Source: Ptychomitrium polyphyllum (lineage: Eukaryota). Taken from it: a DNA stretch of 64,000 bases. Below the pieces are notes generated by a model that saw only the letters and a program-made list of their open reading frames with translations, had not been told where the DNA came from and did not search any database. The stretch lies in assembly GCA_973851085.1 (NCBI GenBank), contig OZ316776.1, forward strand, positions 6,200,001-6,264,000. Reading direction: 5' to 3'. Below are positions 28,605 through 42,400 of the stretch, in pieces. Positions within the stretch are counted from its first letter, which is position 1. Each line of letters begins with the position of its first letter. The position numbers and the translations under genes are program-made.

Positions 28605-30640
28605 ACTGCTTGTAATGCCATTACCATTTACTTCTTTGGAAATACTCTTAGGTTGGTTTTCATAGTAAATATCTGAGGTCTTGTGTTACAATTTTAAACT
28701 TTAAATTTTAGCAAGTTCATATTATGTAAGTCAATTTTGTTTCTCAAACCAATCTCTCCTGTGGATGTCTTCCGGTAGAGAGAGAAGACGATGCTTGGTA
28801 CCGTTGAGTGTTGCATCTTTTCTAAAGTCATTCTTGTTTGTTTCATAGTGTGTGCACATCATGATGCCTTACATACTTATAGTTGATTGCGTCTCCTTTC
28901 TGATTAATCTCCTATTACGGATGCCATCCTTTACTCATCATGGAATTTCTTGCTGTGCACTAATGTCTTGTTAACTCAGTTTATATCTTTATTAATGCTG
29001 AACAGTGAGAAGTAGATGTCATCAGACAAGTATATCACGAGCCTTTCTTTTTGACGACTCAATTCACATCTTTACCTATTTCTGAATAATGACACGAAGA
29101 TGCCATCACACAAGTATAATACGAGGCTTGCTTTTTGACAATTTGGCCTTTCGTGCAATGATGGGTTCCAGTCAACATTGATGATTGTGTTACCTCGATA
29201 AAAACAATATACTTCGAATACTCTAAGCATGATCTTTCAATCTGTTATGAAATTCTCCCCACTTGACTAGTTCAGAATGAACAGGATGGAGAAAACTGTA
29301 AAATGGAGGAATATTCATTGAACCTTATCACTTCAGCCAGCACGCAGAGTGGTGAATATTTCATTCCGAGGTCCTGTTGATACTCAGTTTTTAGTTTGTG
29401 CCTCAGCTCTTCTAGGTGACTTCTACGTCCCTTTCTGTGGTAGATTGGGAGGGTGAGTGATACAGCATACATGAAATAAATTCTTCCGTGGTGACTGCAT
29501 CATAGGAATGAGTGTCCTTCTCTAAAGCTTGTTGTATGAAATGCAGAGGGCATTTAATAATCATCTGGCCTGTGACTTAGGTGTGGCCTATACAAGAAAT
29601 AGTAGGCTCTGGAGAAAGAAGACGCTCACGTGATTGCAATATGCAGGGATCCTCAAAATGCAGGGAACTTGTCTTCGAAGAATCAGGCACACAAATTGTG
29701 TTGCAGCTTTATGTGAAAGGAAAATTCAATTGAAGTCACCACTATGCACATGACTCTAGTCACAGGTTGCTTTCTACTAGCACAGGCTCCACACGAATGT
29801 AAACAGCTATTGAATAAAGAAATTCATGATAGGCAATCAAATAAAATTGACTGGATCTATGACAGCCAAGAATGAAGCTACAGAGGCAAGCAAAAACTTC
29901 TGGAGTGAATTTACGATGGAATGATACACATGAGGCCTTCACTCGGTTGTTATAGGCCAACGCCCGCTGAAACATGTTCAACATCTTTATTGCTACTAGA
30001 AAAAATTGCACATCAGGACCATATTGTCTAACACAGACTGCATTCAACTTTCGCTCTATGAGAATAATCAATCTTGAAAGTTTCTCACGGCTTCACTGCT
30101 AGCCTTTTATTCTAATGATCCATCTTGACGTCCTACCACGAATCAACAATTCCCAAGAATAAGCCTGCCGAAAACCAAGCCTAATCACAATCTAGAATAC
30201 ACTTCACCTCCAGATCAAGGAAGCCAATTCCTGTTCAAGTCAGATCACCAAGAGCCAACACCGAAGCTGTCACTCGGATGCTGAACCTTCGATCCCACAC
30301 TCACCCAACCACACCCGAATGATATTAACGTCCGGATCTCTCAGCTAGAACTTCCAAGGCTTAGATACAATATTCAATCCCTCCCTAATTCGCCCCAAAT
30401 TCTATGCTTATGAATTCAATGGCAATTGTTCACACGGTGTCGGTACTGGTCGCTCTCTAAACATTTTCCTTGATTCAACTCAATAAATTGGCTTAATCGC
30501 AGAGTATACTCCCCACCATGCTCAACCCATCCTCTCTAACCTTGTGAAATCATCAACCTAGTATGCAATTGCTTGCAATCGAGCAATGTAATATTGATAG
30601 AAGTGGTAAGAATTGAAGGTCGATGAACCGTCGATGATTT

Positions 30641-33483
30641 TTACATCTGCACCCAACTCGCGTAACTAGGGGAGCCGTTGCAAACGGCAAACATCATGTA
30701 GTATCCTCCAGGCGCGATGGTGGAACTCGGTGGTGCAGTTGAACCCACCGTATACTTCCCACCGCCTGCAGCAGCGGGATTGTCCACTGCCAGAACCAGC
30801 AATCTTTGACCCTGCAATCCACACCAAATGGCCATATTAACACGGATCCAGACATTGAATGTTATTTTATTGCAATCAACGGTGATTCAAATCAGAAGTC
30901 AATATGACCAATCACACAAGATCAACCAAACTGAAACTTTGAACTCCCCATCTTGAAAACTTGGCTTATCTTATTTGAATGATTAGAGGTGAAATTAGAG
31001 ACGAGAGATCTCTACAACAAAGCCAAGGCAAATCAAATAGCAATACAATAGAAACTTGGGATGAAGATTCTGATTTTGGGGATTGCGAGTGAAGACTGAG
31101 GAGATCGGTACCATAGCGTAGGAATGCGTGACGAAGGGAGCGCTGGCCATGTTGAGGGCGATGTTGCCCGTGACAGTTCCAGCATAAGTGACAGTGGCGG
31201 TGAAGGCTTTCCCGTAAGCCAACGTGCCAGCGACTGCTAGGCCGGGGCGAGCGCCGCCGAGGTATGGGGGCGAGAAGGCTTCGATCCGAAGCTCAGTGGG
31301 GAATGCACCCGTGAACGTGTAGAACTGGTGCGTGTTGGAACCGGCCACGAGAATGCGGCCGTCGGGGAGGAGGTTGGCGGTGGAGTGGTACATTCGCGGG
31401 ATCCCGGAGCCTGCGAGCGTCTGGAACCGGTTGCCTGTAGCGGCTCCTGGGTTGTACAACACGGGGGTATACACGGGGTCGGAGGCGTAGCCCCATCCCT
31501 GCGAGCCCTTTCCTGCACCGTTGATGATGAGCACTTTCTCGTCAGGGGTGAGGATCATATCGCCCATGATTCGTCGCATGGGCATGGTCTCCATGGCCCA
31601 ACCTGGATTCGCAGCTAACGGATCCATGCGGCCGCAAGTGTTGGACGCGGCCTTGAGCGCGTTGGGGTTGCTGAAGGCGCCGGCTGCGGCTCCGCCGCAA
31701 ACGACAACCTCTGCGCCCGTGAAGGGAGCGTAGAGGGGCAGCATCACGGAGCTTCCAGCAGAGGGGTAGTTCCGAGGCTCCCCTGGGATGGTGGGGTAGT
31801 TGCGCACCACCTTGTTGCTCTGCCAGTTGTAGAGGCACGAGTCGCGGTTCGCGAAGATCCAAAGGTTGTTGTCCGGCAGCAGATGCACGTAGGGGTAGAG
31901 GTTGTCGTTCTGAGCATCGTTCGTCTGCACACACACAGAAACACAGAGAATACAAATTGAGCTCAGATGGCTTTCAATGTGCAATCAGAATCTGTGTACC
32001 TTGAACTAAATGTTCTGTTTTTTTGCTGATGTACCAGATTTTGAGGTCACCTGTGACATGATTGGTTTCGAGGTTATAAATAGAATGGGATCGGAAGAGA
32101 GGAGAGGGAAGACAATCCAAGAGCTTACATCCGTAAGAAGCTGCAATTGGTACTGGCCACGGCCGTTGGCGGGGACATACTCGATGGTGAATGCGCTGCG
32201 ACCTCCCACCACTGCTTGAGTGCCGTCCGGGAGCTGCTGATTGGAGGCATACCACCTTCCGAGCTGCAAATTGGTGGTCGTCTCCACCCAATCGCAACCT
32301 CCGTTGTCGTTGCAGGGTGAGAAGTTTCGAATCTATGAGTACGTCGCATAACCACTCAATTGATTAGCAGTGCGCATAATTAAGACACAACCATTATTTG
32401 CACAGAAGGCTAGACTTTCAAATAGTCCGTTTATCTGGCTTCGTTCAGTTTCTTAGTTGTAGCGCAATGAGCTGGCAACTGGAAGACGATGTTCACCTTG
32501 GAAAGTCCGTCGGCATCTCCTCCCGTTTGAACCATCTTTCCGGAACCGTCGAATTGTCCGGAGGAGCACCATGTATCAGTGAAGATGAACAGTGGCCTAA
32601 TCTTGTTGCCGTTTGGGGAGTAGAGCGCAGAGTGAGCGGTGCAATCATTTTTGTTAGCCTGCACTTACAGATAACAATGATTAACAAACTAGTCTGAATC
32701 GTTGGTTTCCAATCAATCCTCTATCAAAATCCTAATGTTTAGTGATTTCTAGGTGATGCAGTATCAACACGTCTCGTCTTCTATTTCTGTTCCAAGTGCC
32801 TGTTCAATTATCTTTGCTTTAGGCGCCAGAAAGAAATTAGCTCCTATTTCCGAACGGTCTCAAAAGTCTCATCCTTTCAAATGGCTGGACAGGTGATACT
32901 TGAATTGATGATTCAAAGCAGTATTAGGTCAATTCGGTACGTAATATAGGCTTCATGCGATTGGGAACTAAATTGTGATGATCGCATTTCTCCAAAATCC
33001 CCAACCGTATGGCGCTATGGAGGTGAGAGCTACAGGTCAGGAGGGGCAAAAAATTTGGTCTACGGAAAGCGTTAAACACTCGTCGTGCACTCTGCCCAAT
33101 TTTTGTGAATTAGCATGACTAATTCTGTTGCACTCTCACAAAAATCAGTTGTACTACTGTTCACGAAACGGAATGTGCAATAACTAGTTCAGGTCGTATG
33201 GGCAGGTGCAGCTGCTAGCTAGACAACTCACCCGATCGGCTGGATTCTGGCGGCACACTCCAGCAGGCAGAGGGAGCTGGCTGTCACCGATGTTGGTGCG
33301 GTCTAGCAGAATGACATTTCCATAGTGCGTCACTGCCGCGTGCATGGTTGCAATACCCGCATTATTCACCACGGTTTCCCATGAGCCTTGTGCACTCACT
33401 CCGGATCTCACCCCACACCACACCAATACAGCTGCCAACACCAAAGCTTGCACAACAGCCCCTCTACTCCTCAAGTGACCCAT
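30641..33483 (-). CDS. GLOX: Secreted glyoxal oxidase/galactose oxidase-like copper radical oxidase (AA5-type); exons 33483-33232, 32658-32497, 32332-32129, 31924-31112, 30811-30641
   Basis: Hydrophobic signal peptide (AVVQALVLAAVLVW..VSA|Q), GIATMH, TDTWCSSG (cofactor Cys), RWYASNQ (cofactor Tyr), NLYPYVHLLPD, RNYPSAGSS, PRMYHSTA (Cu ligands Tyr/His), FVTHS (Cu ligand His), GQRLL, APGGYYMMF; four GT-AG introns. Confidence 0.95.
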
Positions 33484-36400
33484 GGCCAGCTGCTGCCGAC
33501 CCGATCGAGCTCACTGTTCAATCGAAATCCTGGCACACAACTCTTACTACCACAAAGACTCAATCGGACATATCAGCTATACAGAGACTAGACGCTTGAG
33601 CAGCAGCTCATCGATTGATGAGTGAACTGGCTCTCGAACTCCAGCGAAGCTCTGTTTGACACCAATTGTGGTCGGGACTCCATATACTCGCCGTTGAAGT
33701 CCTAATTATGAAAAAGATTGGCGCAGTAGGATTCAACCGATGGATGTGAGTTTCATTGCCGCGTCTTTCGGACGGCAAGACCAGGCATGAACTGCATTGA
33801 CTTCGTGCTTGACCATCATGTGGGGTGGGCCACTGAGTTCCCGGTGGGTCTCCCGAGGCCCATAGTGGGTGAATCACGGCCAGATTGCCACTGCAGTGAA
33901 GATGAAAACAGCTTGACATAGCAAGCACAAGCCTTGGGAGAAAGAGAAAGTCCCTCCCTTCGCACTTTCCAGGGATGTCACTGTTGCACCGCCAATTATT
34001 GCACCAGGTTCACAGCGATAGCCTCATCATCCACCAATTTTTTATAGCTCCTTATCCTTTTTAATATTCGGTTAGCATTCAGTACTTTGTCTTCTTAATC
34101 GTTGTCTTATTAAGTCATCGTGCGATTAGTTTCGCTCTTGGTGTATGTGTACCACAGCTGTGCATAAGTGGAGCACTGAAGCTGGTGCACGCTAATCCTT
34201 GATATCAGATCACTAGGTGGGTGCTTAGCGATGCTAAACCATGCTTACGAATCATTCCTGGTTCTTGGTTCTGGTTAGATTTCTAACTCATGTGAAGCTG
34301 CTGTTTCCCTTGTAAGTTGTTGCAATGAAGTTTACTCTCATCTGTTTCGACATAAGTAAATAAAATAATTGAGAGTAGATCCACTAGGCTACGACTCCAG
34401 GATGTTAGCACCAAATCTTCGGCACGTTGATGCCTTTGCTTAGTACGGTATTGTGCATTTTCTCGAATTTATCTTGTTTCTGATACCTAATCCTAGACCA
34501 CAGAGCACAAATCTAGACTTTATATTGAATTTCTCATTTGATGCTTGACTTCTGCACCAAAGTCGGCATCTTTCAGTAACATCTGCTGGCTGGGTGTACT
34601 GTCCTTAAATGTTGTATATTTAAATCGTAACGGCACCAAAGTGGGTTTCTGGGTCTTGTCTTGTTTTTTAACAGCTTTTGTGCAGAAGAAGAGGAAGTTT
34701 TACGGCATGAGAATGAAAAGGCTATCTAGCGAGAGAGCATTTCCTTTTATTCAGCATGATGAAGCTGACTTTCGGCCATTAGTGACGTCACTTGTGTCCT
34801 CTGTCGACTCTTCTAAGTTCTCACCTGCTAATTATGATGATGAATGAAATTTTGCAGGATAGATTCGGTTGTAAGCTCAGCAAAGCTGTATTTTCTTTTC
34901 CTTCACGCTAAGTATTGTAACTTACCAGTATGATGTAGCAATATGTTGACTAACGAAATAAGCTGAAATGGTCCATTCTGATTACAGGGAATTCAATGTT
35001 TCCTTCAAGTCGGATCACCAAATTAGTCAAATTGGAAGAAAATGACAACTTAGTATTTTGAAATTCACAAATTGCACTTTGCAGGACATCATGCATGTGG
35101 GAAACAGCTGACCGGTGAAGGTGTACCTGCAAATACCAAATAATGTAGTTATCAGATAGTTCGTATTTGTTTAACTTGTATACCTTCCACTAAGTTCTGA
35201 TACTTTCATTGATCACAAAGCAGTGAGAAACAGGAGTTTGGTTCTGGATTTCATTGTATATTCTTCTACAACACAGGTTTTGTGATACTCATCTAGTTCA
35301 ATAATTTGAAACCCTGTTGCACCGATAAACCAGGACCTTGTCAATGGCTCATTCTAAAAAGTTATTCCATTCTATGAGAAACCTGCCTGGTTTTCAACCA
35401 TGAGTAGTTTCATCTGTGGCAGTCATAGGATATGGTTTGTTACATTCTAAAACCATTGAGGGGGCGACCTTCCATTTATAAAATCAATTAAGAAATCAAG
35501 TTCAGAACTTATTGAACCATGCATGATAAAATGTGAACACCCAATTGTTAACACCTCAAGATCCTGGTAAATAATTTAGATTTTAATGAAAGGTTGCCAT
35601 GGCACTGGTTCTAGAATGCTATGAGGGATTCTAGGATTTTTGAAAATGGAACACAATTTGAGTTTGTTCTCAAAATATGTGTGTCTATACAGAAGGAATA
35701 GATTCATGTCGTAATATCCAAAAACTATTAATTCAATATCCAATATTATACATGAATCTCACTTGTTGTACTTTTCACATTTACATAAATGAAGGAAATC
35801 TCTTTGCATAATACATATATTTGTATCCTTTGACAAATAATAGTCAAATTTTGTTGGAGAATCCCTATATCTCCACCCTACTAAAATACAAAATGTTTAC
35901 TCCATACTTTGAAGCAAGATGCATCTAAAAAACGTTTTCTAGCTCCTTTTCTTCCACAGCAACAGAGACGTTTACCTACTCCGTCTGTTTATGGTATTCA
36001 GTTTCAAGCGTGTGGAAGTATTGTGCTTCTGGAAGAAATAGAAAACACATCTACAGTCACTGTGACCAGTACAGATGCACCTACCACAGCAAGAAACCCA
36101 GTAGCCAGTTGGCAAGTCCGTACAAAGTAATATTCTATCCATGTACAACCAAACTGGCACCCTGCAAATAAAACTTTGGAAAGATTTCTAAAACTATGGC
36201 AAAGAAGCAGGCTTGTGCGTGTGCCTTCATTGAATGCAACTCTGTACGAAGGGTCATTAAATGAAGCATATCTGTTTCCATGGACATATGAACCTCAGAT
36301 CCTTTCCGTCGGATTGCCATGCACTCCAATTTCGCTTTTAAGGCAACTCCACGTCGAGATCAGCGGACGAATGATGACTGCGACTCCGGAGTCTGCAGCC

Positions 36401-39400
36401 ACCAGTGTGCTAACATAATCAGCTGAGATACCATTGTTGGTGTCAGGGCGACAGAGGAACCTAATCTTAGGATCCGCCACAACCTCAGCTAGATTTGGAG
36501 GCTTGCTGTGTGCTGTGTTCACCATTCCCTGTGCTCTGAATGGAACACTGTGGCCACACAACAGGGTCGCTGCCTTCCCAGCTAAGTTTATCTTTTAATA
36601 AGCAAGGTTCTCGTCTCCAATGAATTCTTTCAAGTGATGTTTTTTCCCCTTAAAGTGACCAAATATGGCCCGAGTGCACTCTCTATGTACATGTGTATTT
36701 AATTTTTTTACTCCAAGTTTTTCATTTCTTCATGATTATTTTTTAAGCAATTCTCCTTGGTCCTTTGCAGTCCAAGCTTTGTGTTCTTGTCTAATGTTTT
36801 TTTTTAAAAAATTGGATGAAGTTAGAGCTCGTGAATGGGAGATGTAGTGAATGGGAGATGAGATGAAGAGCATTTGAAACTAGAGTGGAACAAAGTTCAA
36901 CTTAATAACACATGCTTTAGTTGCATGGCTTCACATGGGTACTTTAGTATAGCATCTAGATTAGATTCTTTATTATAGATGATGTATAGCAATGCTTAGC
37001 ACTAAAAGAAGAAGTATAGTATTGTTTTAATTTAGTATAATATAAATCTTTCTAGCTAAAGAATCACATAGAGGATCAAAAGTTTTTAAAACGAATCAAT
37101 TTCATGATTGAATTAAAAATCCTATCTATAGAGATTATACATCCATTAGCAAGGTTACAAAATCAGTGAAGTTCCATTGGTTCAAAACTATTAGATGTGA
37201 AGAATTGGATTAAAAACGTACAACCTTTAATGATATAAACTTTGGTTTTTAAAAAATAATTAAATATTGGATTGAAAAAGTGGTTTAAATGAGTAAAAAG
37301 ATTCATTACATTTATTGAAAAATAAAAATACAATTTTTTCTATCATTGTATAGTAAACATAATATAACATCTTATAAATGCTACATTTACTTTAAATTGA
37401 ATAATTTATTTTATAAATAAAAATATATTCCACGTTTATAATATTATCTTTATGACTTGTTTTATAGTACAGATGAAATAGTAGAATTCTAAATCTTACT
37501 AACAATACATTCACAAAAAAACTCAATATAAATCAATAAACTTAGATGAATTTTTCAAATCATTATTAAGATATGAAGATATTGTGGATATAATATTATT
37601 TATATATTACAACATCTCAAATTTTTTATTATAGCATGCACATTCAAAAAATACTTAAATCTTTACAATAAAGAATTTTTTTTCACAAATATATAGCTCT
37701 TTTATATCCATTCGAGATAAAAATATAAACAATAAATGCAAAAGAATATCATAGTTAACTTATTGTACAATTGATTCAATTTTTTAAATTTATGTTGCAA
37801 GTCAATACCATCTTATATAAAGATTTGAAATATATAATTATAAAGTTACAGAGATTGTTTAAGTGCAATTGAATCCTTAAATTGATTTCTGGTATCTAAG
37901 TAAACAAAGTAAATCTTTTGCAAAGTCATAAATTGATGATGGTTTCACTAATTTCAAAAATTGGTATTGATTTCTTCAAGGTAGAAACTCAAATATGAAA
38001 CAGGTTTATATAAAATTTTATTTATAGTCTGACATTATTTCTTACAAAAAAACATATACAAAATTCAAGGAAATATATCTTATTCTATTGGAATGCATGC
38101 AAAATTATAAACTCTAAGTTTATCAAGATCATTGTTTAAGTCATTAAATAAATTTGAATAACATTAATTATAAAGGCCAAAAGATGAAAATCAATGTGAG
38201 GCTTAAGTTTGATATTCTATCATATATATTTTATATTTAGACATTGATTTAAATTAATTTTTGTTCTTTGAATGTATAAAAGAATAAGGAAAAAAAGAAG
38301 ATGATAATCAATGCATGAATACAAATTGTGGTTAGTAGAATCAATCATATTGGAATAAAACCTATGATTTTTTCAACCAATCCATGATATTTCATTTTAA
38401 ATTGAACCTACTATAACAAAGTAATGACATCTTTTAAAAACTTCAATAGAATTTTTAGTAATCTACTTTAGATACTTTTTCATTTATTTAAAACTTAGCA
38501 CTTATTTGAAAGAATAATAAAATAAAGGATTGATAGACAACAACATTTTAAACTTAAAATTGAAGTAGGTACAATTTTTAGACTAATTTACAATATTTTA
38601 TAATATGTCAAAATTCAAGTCTTTGATATTAATTTAAAACTTTTAGAATTATTAATTAAGAAATTAAATTATAAATACTCTTGGACTTTTGCAATTCCAA
38701 ATTAACCATGGATTTTATCCAAATAGATAGAAAAATGTTTTTCAGTTATTTAATGCAAAAAAAATATTTACAGTGCAAAGAACTACGTAGAGTTTTATAC
38801 ATCATTATAATTGGCTTAACAACAAGGGTGTCCAAAATCCACAACAATTTTGATGTAAGATGGAATCATCTCTCCATCTATAGGCTAAACTTTTTAATTG
38901 AAAAGTATAAAATATTGTGTTTCTATGGATTTGAATCATACAGTTTACAGCACTCAAATATTTGTAAAGTTCACTCAGAGACCTTTGTTTATATATCATA
39001 CCCATCTTCCTAGTCTAATTTTCATGAAAATATAAACCTTTATTATGTCGTCAAAGAGCACATTTATACTTAAATAATTCCTAAAGGTAAAGTAAAACAG
39101 AAAATTGTTTGCATTGATTTAAAATGGATCAACTTTTGTCTAAAAAGTTCAAATGAACAAATTTTTAATAAATTCCATAATTGAGAGTGAACTTTCTTTT
39201 TCAAAGTTAGATAATTATTGATTGCGTTCTCCACATCCATGCCCTCCATGTACAATATTACGTTTTGAATTCCACAGTGAACCAACTTTGAAAGATTTCC
39301 AGAAACTCGGAATCTGGTCCCTGCCTGTTATTGTGTCCTCCACTAAACCTTTGAGAGTGTTGGCTGGGTTAGCGAAGAATGTTATGTGTCAAGTGTAAAT

Positions 39401-42400
39401 TGGGCAGCTATATCACACTCCCATTCATTTGAAAAGGGTACAGAAGGATTCAGCACAGTTGAGTGGCACGTTGATCAAAAATCTGTGTCACACATTAGCT
39501 ATGTACTTATGCATTATTTTAGCACTGCTGAAAGTGCAGACTTCCAGAAACGCAAGGGTGGAGGCGGTCAGGCCCACAAGCTCATCAATAATTGAAAAAC
39601 CCAGCCTGCAGCGAACACGGTCACTTTCCCCTCCCATAGGCTGCCAACCCGCCTTTGACTAGACATTGCTAGTTGAACTGCTTGTCCACTCATCTTAGTC
39701 ATAAGACCATGGCCAATGCACAGTCCAAACTGGCCAAATACTTCCCTTTATTCACACTAAATGGCACTTGGCACTTGAAAATATGGCCATAGGAAGCAGA
39801 TCAAAACATTACCATTTTGGGTATGTGCATTACACATGGTCCAACCTTCTTTAGCAACTGAAGCAATTCACTTTCATCTTGAAAGTGGGAAATTAACAAT
39901 AAGTGATAGTGAGGATACGTGGCATTGAATGAGTGGAGGCATTATTCTAGCTTGGTGATTTAGCAAACAAGTTTTTGAAATCTTCATAGGAACAAGGTTT
40001 TGACAGTGATGATATGATTCCTTTTAGAGAGAGGGAACTCATAGGGGTCACTGAAGAGTTTCATGAGCTACTGTAGTGTGCTGCACCTTTAGGAGGTGGC
40101 TTGAGTGTCCTGCTTTTTCTCTTTTTACAATTATCCTAAACAAGATTAAAAGTTAAGAGAATTAAAAACTACCATTGTGCAAATCCATACTCATGTTTTT
40201 CCAGCGCACGTTAACCCCATACTGATTTTGGGTAGCTCTCTGAGAAGATTCTTACAAAGACTTTGTAAGTTCCAGGTCATTCTTTTTCTCCTGGTGGATC
40301 TATTTATCAGGATGCACTTTGGGTGTTGCAGCTTCATCATACTTGCGTGCCTCTCTATATCAAACACCTCTGTATGTTTTATACATCTAAAAGTTCTTCA
40401 ATAACATTCAAGCATCCATCTAAATCACCATAAAGGCCACATCAATCTTCCCTTTTATAGTGAAAAAGTGAAATTGAAAAATAATGAGGGCGTGTGACCA
40501 TGAATACATTTAGACACAAGTCTAATTTTGATGACTTAGTATACAATCTTCTTCAATCTTGGGTGGAATGATGGAATTGTATATTTGGAATTTGTAATTA
40601 TTTTTTCAACATGGGACAAGAACAATAAGAATAATCATTCCATGAACACTTTTCAAAATTGAATGAAATATCTATAATTTGAAAGTGAGAAATGAATGGA
40701 TGTAGCTTATTTCTTTTCATATCTAAAACAAATCATACAAATACAATCTCAAGTACCAAATATTATTCAATTCTAGTGTAAAGGAGTTATTTAAGTTTTT
40801 AAGGCGAAGTTTCAGAGTGGTTATCTTTGCAACTTCAAACAGTCAAATTAAATTTTTTATCATTCCGATTTTTTATCACGTATAAGTTATAGTTTTCTCT
40901 GTTCTTTGCCTCAATTTCCAATTTTTAACTTATTTTTACTTCGTTATCAAAAACTCCAAAATAACTGTTATCATGTTTGGTACAACTTTAAGCTCATTTT
41001 AATTTAACTTTGGTTCCAAGTTTCCAATTAGGAAGTAGAAATCAGAAATTATACACATATTTTCCAGAAGGGGTTGGACTGACATTCACGAAGGGTGTTC
41101 ATTGAGGTCACTGAAAAATGTTGTGAACTACCTACTGCAGAAGGCAACCTCAGAAACACTTGCACACATGGAAAATCAGTGGTTATAAAAACATAATATA
41201 TGCATTCCATATTCACATATGCATACATATACTTGCTAGTGTTTTGCATAAATTGAATGTATTCACATGCTACAATGGGTTTATAGGATCAATATATTAC
41301 ATAATTAGCATAGGTTAGGTAATTTGCTAAGCCAGAGCTGCTTCTCATGTTCAATGAATTTAAAGATCAAGCCAATCTGTAACATAAAATTTAGCATATT
41401 AGGTTGTGCAATCTAACATCCTTATTAATAGCAGTACAATGTCATTCTTCTACCTTTGCTAAAATTTTCACATGTTTTTATTGTAGTATTATAATACATT
41501 AGTATTTGAAACCATAACTGAGTAGGGGTTAGTTATATGCAAATATATCTATTTTTAGCAACACTTGAGTTTCTTGAAAACACATTCGAAGCTTTTGATT
41601 ATCCTTTGATGAAACCACATTGTACTTTGCTTTATTTCTTAAATTCTAAATAAAAAAACTCATAGATTAATGAAGTGTAACCTACCTTCTCAAATTAAGC
41701 GCACTTCTATGAATCCACATTTTAAATCAAATTAGACATTGAAGGTAGTCAAAATGAAATATAGAGGTTCATAAACGTAATAAGTTCACCATTTGTTTCA
41801 TCTTGTATTTTTACATCCCTCTTAAAAGTAAATATATTTAACAAATTTAGGACGTACCTCTTTTTTTAATAAATCAAATGTATTCTTACAAACTAAAATT
41901 GTAATCAAATTTGGATACCATCTTTTTTAACGAAAACAAAATAAAGTGAGTTGTTGTTGTGGCGTAAGGCATTTAATAATTTGAATGAAGGAATTGTATG
42001 TGTTTGTTGCTACTTTGAATATGCAATTAAATTGATGCTAATATAAATCATTTTAATTCATATTTTAATTGAATTGATTGAATATCAATCATTCATTTGG
42101 TAACAAGAAAGACCGTTGCAAGGATTAAAATGCAATTAAGTAATAATATGGCCACAAGAAGGTGGAAGCTTTTCATTGAAACAAATATCTCGTAGCTTTT
42201 CTCAAACCATTTGTAATTTATAAGTGTAGGAAAAAAAGATTAAAAGTTGAAAAGCAAAAAAAGTTATATTAATGAGAATTTGAAGTCGATTTGGAGAGTA
42301 TAAGAATGTTTTTGAAGAATTTAATGTATTGGACTGTATTTGGAAGGTGTTGAAATGCACATTGTACATAATCTTATAATGATTATTTTTAATTATAAAA

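Noticed and set aside
22516..33483. BAHD plus GLOX (with KAI2L) as a biosynthetic gene cluster
   Set aside because: No scaffold-forming enzyme; the genes are interspersed with unrelated housekeeping genes and share no evident pathway.
35150..35960. Minus-strand stop-interrupted frames (GARKRFLDASCFKVW.., SCIILDIE) faintly like a PrimPol/viral primase
   Set aside because: The motifs fall in different frames with wrong spacing and near-random stop density; cannot be supported without a search.
36560..39325. Possible hAT element (CAGGG...CCCTG ends; FLAKESHRG-like fragment)
   Set aside because: Only 5 bp of terminal match, no 8-bp TSD, and no recoverable transposase motifs.
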